From a bacterium (lineage in GTDB: Bacteria > Bacillota > Clostridia > Christensenellales > DTU072), in assembly GCA_963644945.1 (NCBI GenBank), contig CAVIQK010000004.1, positions 41,050 through 105,049 on the forward strand: 64,000 bases of DNA, given 5' to 3'. Shown here in pieces: positions 22,088-29,378 of this stretch (positions are counted from its first letter, which is position 1; each line of letters opens with the position of its first letter). Made by a program: the position numbers and the translations under genes. The notes under the pieces were generated by a model. That model was not told where the DNA came from. It ran no database searches and worked only from the letters and a program-made list of their open reading frames with translations.

Positions 22088-22697
22088 GGTGCTTGGAATA
22101 GACAGTACGGTATCCCAAAGTGAACTTTATGATGCATATTCTAAATTAAGACAAGAACTTGACAAACAACGTTTCCAACCGGGAGACATCGGAAAAGATG
22201 CTTGCGACAGACTCCAAGAAATAGAAGAAGCCTACAAAGATTGCATGCAAATTTTGGAAGACAGATATTACATCGACAATTCCGAAGAAGTCCTTGACCA
22301 TGTCGAAAATCTAATCAAAGAAAAGAAGTATGACGAAGCCCAATCGGAACTTACAAAACTCAATCGTCGTTCGGCTCGTTGGCACTATCTCCAAAGTGGC
22401 ATCTACTACCAAAAGAGTTGGCATAACGATGCAAAAAGAGAAATAGAACTTGCCCTAGATTTAGATCCCACCAATCAAAAATATAAAGAAACTTTGGCAG
22501 GAATCGAAAAAATCATGCAAGGCAAGTCCTCGTACCATAGCAATTTTTACGGCAACCCCGACAACTCCAAAGAAACGTATCAAAATGTTTCTTATCGTAA
22601 AGGCGGCGGTCCCGATATATGCGACTGTTGTAGTTCACTAATTTGTGCCGACTGCTGTTGCGAGTGCATGGGCGGAGACCTAATAACTTGTTGCTAA
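22068..22697 (+). CDS. J-domain-like (HPD-less) / TPR protein with Cys-rich C-terminal tail
   Basis: DPFKVLGIDSTVSQSELYDAYSKL..LQEIEEAYK resembles a J domain, but HPD is replaced by QPG. A TPR-like segment follows. The tail is CDCCSSLICADCCCECMGGDLITCC. It overlaps the upstream CDS by 20 nt. Confidence 0.65.
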   Translation: MTKDPFKVLGIDSTVSQSELYDAYSKLRQELDKQRFQPGDIGKDACDRLQEIEEAYKDCMQILEDRYYIDNSEEVLDHVENLIKEKKYDEAQSELTKLNRRSARWHYLQSGIYYQKSWHNDAKREIELALDLDPTNQKYKETLAGIEKIMQGKSSYHSNFYGNPDNSKETYQNVSYRKGGGPDICDCCSSLICADCCCECMGGDLITCC

Positions 22698-23219
22698 ATG
22701 GCTAAAAAAATAGGGGCGGCTGCGGTAGGAGCGGCAATATCATTACTTTTTATTGTTATCGCAAGATTCGTGCCTAACATGAAATTGACTTTCACCGTCC
22801 TTGCTTCGCTAGGCACAATAGTGCCTATGTCCAAGGGCTACGTAAAAGAAGCCTGCGAAAGTTCGATTGCCGTAATAATACTCGGTGCGATCATTACGAC
22901 CACCACCGTACTTCCTTATGTTTTAGTAGGTAGTTTTTATACGATTTTGACAATTCTAGCCTACCAAAAGAAAGTCAAACTCTACATACAAATCCCCCTA
23001 AAAATATTGTATGCAACCCTCGTTTTTTACGTGCTTTTCAGTCTTGCAAATACGCTCGTCGTGGACATCGACAAAATCTCGTTTTTACAAAATTTATCGG
23101 ATACAGAGATTTTTATAGTTTTTGACATAGTCTTCGTCATTGCCTTTTTGGTGTATGATTATATCGAACTCAAATTGTACGAATATATCAAAGAAAGACT
23201 AAAAAAACTCAACATTTAA
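22698..23219 (+). CDS. small polytopic membrane protein, unknown function
   Basis: 173 aa with about 5 hydrophobic helices. The start directly abuts the upstream stop. Confidence 0.6.
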   Translation: MAKKIGAAAVGAAISLLFIVIARFVPNMKLTFTVLASLGTIVPMSKGYVKEACESSIAVIILGAIITTTTVLPYVLVGSFYTILTILAYQKKVKLYIQIPLKILYATLVFYVLFSLANTLVVDIDKISFLQNLSDTEIFIVFDIVFVIAFLVYDYIELKLYEYIKERLKKLNI

Positions 23220-23231
23220 GATAGGAGTTAT

Positions 23232-24035
23232 ATGGAAAAAATAGCAATACTTATAGATGCCGAAAACATAGGGCATCAAAATGCAAAAAAGATTCTTTCA
23301 ATGATGGAAGAAAGAGGCAACGTCCTCATAAAAATGGTTATCGGCAATCTTATCTCGACCAATCTCCAACAATGGTCCACCGAAGCCAAAGACAATGCCA
23401 TGACCGGCATCCAACAATACAATTTGCGCAAAGGCAAGAACAGTTCCGACATGGCTCTCGCAATTCAAGCCATGAAGATTTTATACGAAAAACCCTTCAT
23501 CACGACATTTTGCATCGTGTCCAACGACAGCGACTTTACCCGTCTTGCCCAAGAGTTAAAGGAAAACGACAAAACCGTCATCGGTATGGGGACAAAAAAC
23601 GCTCGCAAAGAATTTATCAATGCTTTCTCCGAATATATTTATCTTGACGAAACCGAAGACGAGAAAAAAGAAAAAGACAAACCTATCCCGTCTACGGACA
23701 CCGCTTCTGTTCAGGAAAAGAAAACCAGAAAGAGAAAACCCCAAAAATCTCGTCCTATAGCCGAACAATGCCCGCTAGAAGAAGAAAAACTTATCACATT
23801 GAAATCGATTATAGCCGAACTCATATCGACAAGCGATTCGGGTTTTGCCTACTACTCCGCAATAGCCGACAATATGAAAAAGAAGTTTTCGGATTTTATT
23901 CCCCAAAACTACAATTCAAAAAACATATCACAACTTATGGAAAAATTACTCAAATTTTTGCCGGAGTACGAAAAGGGTGTCATGCAAATGCCCAACAACC
24001 CCAACGGTAGCATACTTTACGTTCACAAAAAATAA
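23232..24035 (+). CDS. NYN (LabA-like) domain protein with C-terminal OST-HTH/LOTUS-like domain
   Basis: NYN features are IAILIDAENIG and IVSNDSDFTRLA. A Lys/Glu-rich linker follows, then a C-terminal helical domain typical of OST-HTH. Confidence 0.75.
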   Translation: MEKIAILIDAENIGHQNAKKILSMMEERGNVLIKMVIGNLISTNLQQWSTEAKDNAMTGIQQYNLRKGKNSSDMALAIQAMKILYEKPFITTFCIVSNDSDFTRLAQELKENDKTVIGMGTKNARKEFINAFSEYIYLDETEDEKKEKDKPIPSTDTASVQEKKTRKRKPQKSRPIAEQCPLEEEKLITLKSIIAELISTSDSGFAYYSAIADNMKKKFSDFIPQNYNSKNISQLMEKLLKFLPEYEKGVMQMPNNPNGSILYVHKK

Positions 24036-24043
24036 TTAAAATA

Positions 24044-24709
24044 TCAAAGTTGCCAGTCTATCGGAGTTTTGCCGAGTTCCTTCAAAATTCCGTTTATCTT
24101 GCTAAAAGGTTTTGATCCGAAAAATCCGTTGTATGCCGACAAAGGCGACGGATGGGCAGATTCGATTACATAGTGCCAAGGATTTTTGAGAAGGACTTTT
24201 TTTGCTCTTGCTTGTCCACCCCACAAAACAAATATCACAGGATCTTTTCTATCGTTAAGAAGACTAATAATTCTATCCGTAAATTGCTCCCACCCTTTAC
24301 CTTTATGGGACAATGCTTCCCCGTGTCTTACCGTAAGAATAGTGTTTAATAAAAGTACGCCTTGCTTCGCCCAAGGTTCCAAAAACCCGTCTTTCGGGAT
24401 ACTAGTTCCCACATCTGCGGTCATTTCCTTAAAAATATTTGCAAGTGACGGAGGAGCAGGCACACCACGTTTTACGGAGAAACACATCCCGTGAGCCTGA
24501 TTATATCCGTGGTAGGGGTCTTGCCCTAAAATCACAACTTTTACATCTTTATAAGCAGTCGTTTTCAAAGCCGAAAAAATCTCATCCATATTAGGATGAA
24601 CAACGAAGTTTTTATATTCGTCCACCAAAAAACTCCTAAGTTTTTGATAATATTCCTTATCGAATTCCGGAGCCAAAAGTTCTTGCCAATCGTTGCCTAT
24701 ATTAAACAT
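24044..24709 (-). CDS. ung: uracil-DNA glycosylase (family 1)
   Basis: The motifs ILGQDPYHG and HPSPLSA are present. 221 aa. Confidence 0.95.
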   Translation of the reverse strand: MFNIGNDWQELLAPEFDKEYYQKLRSFLVDEYKNFVVHPNMDEIFSALKTTAYKDVKVVILGQDPYHGYNQAHGMCFSVKRGVPAPPSLANIFKEMTADVGTSIPKDGFLEPWAKQGVLLLNTILTVRHGEALSHKGKGWEQFTDRIISLLNDRKDPVIFVLWGGQARAKKVLLKNPWHYVIESAHPSPLSAYNGFFGSKPFSKINGILKELGKTPIDWQL

Positions 24710-24826
24710 TTTTCGTCCTTAAAATTTTTGGTAATTATACAATTTTACATAAATTGTGTCAATTACTTTTATTGTCACGAAAAGTATGCTATAATCAATT
24801 TATCAAAAAGTTAGGAGATTATTATC

Positions 24827-25204
24827 ATGACCGACGAAAAAATTATCAATGAAAACGAAGAAGAATTTGTTGACAACTCCATGGATGTCGTGACACTTAC
24901 CGATGACGAGGGCAACGAACATGAATTCGAACTCTTAGGCAGTGTAGAACTTGACGAGGACAACAACGAATATATTGTACTTGCAGAAATAGTTGACGAC
25001 GAAGTCCTCTATGACGATCCGCTTATTTGCAGAATCGAAGACGAAGAAGACGAGTCCGTTCTTTACCCCATCGATGACGAAGCAACCATCGAAAAGATCA
25101 TCGACAAATTCAACGAACTTTCTTCATGCGATTGCGACTGTGACGACGATTGTTGCGGCGAGCATCATCATCACCATCACTGCGACTGCGGTTGCGAAGA
25201 CTAA
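24827..25204 (+). CDS. DUF1292-family protein with Cys/His-rich C-terminal tail
   Basis: The acidic core DVVTLTDDEGNEHEFELLGSVELDEDNNEYIVLAE is typical of DUF1292. The tail is CDCDCDDDCCGEHHHHHHCDCGCED. Confidence 0.75.
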   Translation: MTDEKIINENEEEFVDNSMDVVTLTDDEGNEHEFELLGSVELDEDNNEYIVLAEIVDDEVLYDDPLICRIEDEEDESVLYPIDDEATIEKIIDKFNELSSCDCDCDDDCCGEHHHHHHCDCGCED

Positions 25205-25227
25205 AAGTCCATTAGACCAAAATACTA

Positions 25228-25260
25228 GGCGATTACTATATTGTAGTCGTCTTTTATTTT
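25228..25260 (+). terminator. rho-independent terminator after the DUF1292 gene
   Basis: Stem GGCGATTAC/GTAGTCGTC (two G-U pairs) with loop TATATT, followed by TTTTATTTT. Confidence 0.55.
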
Positions 25261-25327
25261 ACAAGGAATATAGAAAAATAGACCAATGTGAATATGAAAA
25301 ATTTTCGCATTATTTTTAATTTTGATA

Positions 25328-25356
25328 TTGATTTACAAAATACTATTTGATATAAT
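25328..25356 (+). promoter_or_regulatory. sigma-70-type promoter for nadE, with an overlapping palindrome
   Basis: TTGATT (25328..25333), a 17-nt spacer ending in TGa, and TATAAT (25351..25356). The 14-bp perfect palindrome GATATAATTATATC (25349..25362) covers the -10 box. Confidence 0.55.
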
Positions 25357-25412
25357 TATATCGATTGTTTATAACATTATATCAAAAGTCATATATAGAG
25401 GAGATTTTTGTT

Positions 25413-26162
25413 ATGAAAAACACCAATGAAACAATTAAAAAAGACATCGAAAAGCGTGTTGCTTTTATAAAACAAGTATTGAAAGACGCCCATGCAGACG
25501 GTATCGTGTTCGGCAGTAGTGGCGGAAAAGACAGCGCCCTTGTCGGCATTTTGTCAAAGATGGCGACCGACAACGTAATAGGCGTTATAATGCCTTGCGA
25601 AAGCAAACGAAACTACGGCATGGATCGTGACGACGCACTGACACTACACGAGAAGTTCAACATAAAAACCCTCGAAGTCGATTTGACTCCCATAAAAGAG
25701 ACGTTTGTAAGTGCCGTCAAAGATTTAGTTCCCGAGCAAGTCGATATGGCTTACATGAACGTCAATCCGAGACTCCGTATGACCGTACTATATAATATAG
25801 CCCAACGCAAAAATTATTTGGTAGCAGGCACCGGCAACAGAAGCGAAATAGTCATGGGTTACTTCACCAAATGGGGCGACGGCGCATCCGACTTCAATTG
25901 CATCTCCGATCTTACGGTCACCGAGGTATTCGAATATTTGAGATACCTTGACTGCCCCGAAGTGTTTTTGACCAAAGCCCCGTCCGCAGCGCTTTCCGAA
26001 GACCAAACGGACGAAAAAGAAATGGGAATCACATATAGAGAAATCGACGATTTTATCCTAAACGGCAACGTTTCGGACGAAGCAAGAGCGATTATAGAAA
26101 GAAGATACGAAACATCCGCCCACAAGAGAAAGGGCACCACACATTACAAATCTAGCAACTGA
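25413..26162 (+). CDS. nadE: NH3-dependent NAD+ synthetase
   Basis: The PP-loop motif SGGKDSA is present. A GAGGAG RBS precedes ATG 25413. The TTG start at 25365 in the track lies at the predicted transcription start. Confidence 0.9.
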   Translation: MKNTNETIKKDIEKRVAFIKQVLKDAHADGIVFGSSGGKDSALVGILSKMATDNVIGVIMPCESKRNYGMDRDDALTLHEKFNIKTLEVDLTPIKETFVSAVKDLVPEQVDMAYMNVNPRLRMTVLYNIAQRKNYLVAGTGNRSEIVMGYFTKWGDGASDFNCISDLTVTEVFEYLRYLDCPEVFLTKAPSAALSEDQTDEKEMGITYREIDDFILNGNVSDEARAIIERRYETSAHKRKGTTHYKSSN

Positions 26163-26173
26163 CGGAGGTAACA

Positions 26174-26671
26174 ATGGCAAAAATCAAAATCGGTACGGCA
26201 CCCTTCAACGGTACTCCCGAACAAGAAAAAGAATTGAGAGCAAGACTCGAAGTTATCAAAGAAGAAAAAGGCGCACTTATGCCCGCACTCCAAACCGCCC
26301 AAGAGATATACGGCTATCTACCCATAGAAGTCCAAAGAATAGTGGCAGAAGTCTTAGGAGTATCACTAGAAGAGGCATTCGGTGTTGCCACTTTTTATGC
26401 TCAATTCAAACTTTCCCCTAAAGGCGAATATGAAATAGCAGTTTGTCTAGGTACCGCTTGCTACGTAAAAGGATCCGGAGATCTCATGGCAAGACTAGAA
26501 AAAGAACTAGGCATCCAAGAAGGCACCTCGACAGGCGACGGCAAATATTCATTGACGGCGACACGTTGTATAGGATGTTGCGGTTTAGCCCCCGTTCTTA
26601 CCGTCAACGGCGATGTTTACGGCAGACTCGTCCCCGACGACATCCCCGGCATTTTAAGAAAATACCTATAA
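26174..26671 (+). CDS. NuoE-like [2Fe-2S] subunit of NADH-dependent [FeFe]-hydrogenase (HydC/HndA type)
   Basis: Cys ligands are present in CLGTACYVKG and CIGCCGLAP. 165 aa. It is the first gene of the hyd cluster. Confidence 0.88.
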   Translation: MAKIKIGTAPFNGTPEQEKELRARLEVIKEEKGALMPALQTAQEIYGYLPIEVQRIVAEVLGVSLEEAFGVATFYAQFKLSPKGEYEIAVCLGTACYVKGSGDLMARLEKELGIQEGTSTGDGKYSLTATRCIGCCGLAPVLTVNGDVYGRLVPDDIPGILRKYL

Positions 26672-27187
26672 GTGCTACCGACGATTTCACACTACATAAC
26701 CGATCTTACCCAAAATTCTCTAAATGGAGGAGCCACTCTTATTGAGATAGAAGTGGGAAAAAGCGAGGTTTTGACTCTTACCGTACAAGACAACGGTAGG
26801 GGGGAAGACAGAGAAGTTTTAGAAAAATATGCGTTTTCTAAAATAGAACAAGGACAAACAAGACATTTAGGGCTAGCCTATCTAAAAGAAGCCACCGAAA
26901 ACGGAGGCAGACTAAATATAGATTCGGCAAAAGGTGTCGGCACGAAAGTAAAAGCCGAATTTCCGCAAGGTAGTATAGAGATAGGTCCCCTCGGCGATGC
27001 AGTCGCCACAATCTTACCTTGTGACGGTGTTGACTTAATCTTCACGATTAAAAGCCCGGACGGAACATTCACGCTCGACACCCAAAAAGAGAACATAGAA
27101 TTGAGGGACATGCCCTCGACAATAAAAATCATAAAAGACAAAATCAATCAAAAACAAAAATCAATTCTTGGAGGAACAACAATATGA
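26672..27187 (+). CDS. GHKL (histidine-kinase-like) ATPase domain-only protein
   Basis: The GTG start directly abuts the upstream TAA. It has the N-box DLTQNSLNGGA, G1 QDNGRG and G2-like HLGLAYL. There is no DHp/His domain. Confidence 0.7.
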   Translation: MLPTISHYITDLTQNSLNGGATLIEIEVGKSEVLTLTVQDNGRGEDREVLEKYAFSKIEQGQTRHLGLAYLKEATENGGRLNIDSAKGVGTKVKAEFPQGSIEIGPLGDAVATILPCDGVDLIFTIKSPDGTFTLDTQKENIELRDMPSTIKIIKDKINQKQKSILGGTTI

Positions 27188-27543
27188 AAACTATCGCTGA
27201 TATCAAAGCAATCAGAGATAAAATGCAATCACAAATCCTTCTAAGGCAAAATCCGACCGATTCCCTCACATTAGTAGTTGTCGGCATGGCAACGAGCGGA
27301 ATTTCGGCAGGCGCTCAAGAAGTTTTCAATGTACTTGTTGACGAAGTAGCCGACAGAAGACTAGCGAATATCAAAGTTATGCGGACAGGAGATCTCGGGA
27401 CAGTGGAAAAAGAACCCGTCGTCGAAGTATTTGTTCCTCACAAAGAAAAAGTCACTTACGTATCGGTCACTCCCGACAAAGCCAAAGAGATAGTCGAAAA
27501 GCACTTGATCGGTGGCGAAGTTTGTACCGAATATACCGCTTAA
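27184..27543 (+). CDS. thioredoxin-like [2Fe-2S] ferredoxin homolog (HndB/HydD type) lacking all four Cys ligands
   Basis: It aligns to the N-terminal domain of the adjacent NuoF-like protein. VCGGTGC aligns to VGMATSG, and TGCFGLCAVGP aligns to TGDLGTVEKEP. Confidence 0.65.
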   Translation: MKTIADIKAIRDKMQSQILLRQNPTDSLTLVVVGMATSGISAGAQEVFNVLVDEVADRRLANIKVMRTGDLGTVEKEPVVEVFVPHKEKVTYVSVTPDKAKEIVEKHLIGGEVCTEYTA

Positions 27544-27558
27544 TAAGGAGAAAAGACA

Positions 27559-29367
27559 ATGTATAGAAATCACGTTTTAGTATGTGGCGGTACAGGTTGT
27601 ACATCCAACCACAGCGGCGATATTGCCAAAGAATTTGAAAGACTTTTAGAAGAAAGACATCTAGAAAACGACGTTCAACTCATCAAAACAGGTTGTTTTG
27701 GTTTGTGTGCGGTAGGCCCCGTCATCATCGTATATCCGGAAGGAGCCTTCTACAGCAACGTAAAAGTCGAGGACGTTCAAGAAATCGTCAACGAGCATAT
27801 CGTCAAAGGTAGAATAGTCACAAGACTTCTTCACCAAGAAAAACACCAAGGTGTCCAAGTGACCGCCTTGTCGGAAACCAACTTTTACAAAAAACAAACA
27901 AGAGTTGCTCTACGCAACTGCGGTGTTATCAACCCCGAAAACATAGACGAATATATCGGCCATGACGGTTATATGGCACTCATCAAAGTACTTACCGAGA
28001 TGACACCTAGACAAGTCGTGGACGAAATCTTAAAATCGGGACTTCGTGGAAGAGGCGGCGGAGGATTCCCCACAGGCAAGAAATGGGAATTTGCCATGAA
28101 CCAACCCGGCGACGTAAAATACGTTTGCTGTAATGCCGACGAAGGCGATCCCGGTGCATTTATGGACAGATCGGTTCTCGAAGGCGATCCTCATGCAGTG
28201 CTAGAAGCCATGGCAATAGCAGGTTTTGCAATAGGCGCCCACCAAGGTTATATCTACTGTCGTGCAGAATATCCTATAGCCGTAGAAAGATGCAAAATAG
28301 CCATCAAACAAGCAAGAGAATATGGTTTACTTGGCAAAAATATATTAGGCACAGGTTTTGATTTTGACATAGACGTAAGACTCGGAGCCGGAGCGTTCGT
28401 ATGTGGCGAAGAAACCGCTCTTATGACCTCCATCGAAGGACATAGAGGCGAGCCTCGTCCCCGTCCTCCGTTCCCCGCAGTCAAAGGACTTTTTGGCAAA
28501 CCTACAATTCTCAACAACGTAGAAACATTGGCAAACATTGCCCAAATTATCCTAAAAGGTGCCGATTGGTTTGCATCGATGGGTACCGAAAGAAGCAAAG
28601 GCACCAAAGTTTTTGCACTCGGTGGCAAGATTACCAACACAGGACTTGTCGAAATTCCTATGGGAACCACCCTTCGCACCGTTATCGACGACATCGGTGG
28701 CGGAGTCCCCAACGGCAAAAAATTCAAAGCAGCCCAGACCGGCGGACCTTCCGGCGGTTGTATCCCTGCCCAACATTTTGACGTGCCGATTGACTATGAC
28801 AACTTGATAGCCATAGGCTCCATGATGGGATCGGGCGGAATGATCATAATGGACGAAGACAACTGTATGGTAGATATTGCCAAATTCTTCCTCGAATTTA
28901 CCGTTGACGAATCTTGTGGCAAATGTACCCCGTGTAGAATAGGCACAAAACGCCTTCTCGAATATCTTGACAAAATCACAAGAGGTCAAGCCACCATGCA
29001 AGACCTCGACGACATGGAAAAACTTTGTTATTACATCAAAGACAATGCTCTATGCGGACTCGGTCAAACAGCCCCCAACCCCGTACTTTCCACCCTTCGT
29101 TATTTCCGTGACGAATATATTGCTCACGTCGTTGACAAGAGATGTCCGGCAGGCGCATGTAAACACCTACTCAAATTCACGATTGACAAAGATGCATGTA
29201 TAGGATGCGGAATGTGTTCGAGAAATTGTCCCGCAGGCTGTATTTCCAAGACCGACTATGTAGCAGAAGGCCACAAACTCCCGTCATACGAAATCAATTC
29301 CGAAAAATGTTTGAAATGCGGAGTTTGTATGGACAACTGTAAATTCAAAGCAATCAGCAAAAAATAG
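27559..29367 (+). CDS. NuoF-like NADH/FMN-binding subunit of [FeFe]-hydrogenase (HydB/HndC type)
   Basis: It has an N-terminal 2Fe-2S thioredoxin-like domain and the FMN/NADH motif GRGGGGFPTGKKW. The N3 cluster motif ESCGKCTPCR and two C-terminal CxxCxxCxxxCP motifs are present. Confidence 0.92.
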   Translation: MYRNHVLVCGGTGCTSNHSGDIAKEFERLLEERHLENDVQLIKTGCFGLCAVGPVIIVYPEGAFYSNVKVEDVQEIVNEHIVKGRIVTRLLHQEKHQGVQVTALSETNFYKKQTRVALRNCGVINPENIDEYIGHDGYMALIKVLTEMTPRQVVDEILKSGLRGRGGGGFPTGKKWEFAMNQPGDVKYVCCNADEGDPGAFMDRSVLEGDPHAVLEAMAIAGFAIGAHQGYIYCRAEYPIAVERCKIAIKQAREYGLLGKNILGTGFDFDIDVRLGAGAFVCGEETALMTSIEGHRGEPRPRPPFPAVKGLFGKPTILNNVETLANIAQIILKGADWFASMGTERSKGTKVFALGGKITNTGLVEIPMGTTLRTVIDDIGGGVPNGKKFKAAQTGGPSGGCIPAQHFDVPIDYDNLIAIGSMMGSGGMIIMDEDNCMVDIAKFFLEFTVDESCGKCTPCRIGTKRLLEYLDKITRGQATMQDLDDMEKLCYYIKDNALCGLGQTAPNPVLSTLRYFRDEYIAHVVDKRCPAGACKHLLKFTIDKDACIGCGMCSRNCPAGCISKTDYVAEGHKLPSYEINSEKCLKCGVCMDNCKFKAISKK

Positions 29368-29378
29368 GAGAGAGTAAA

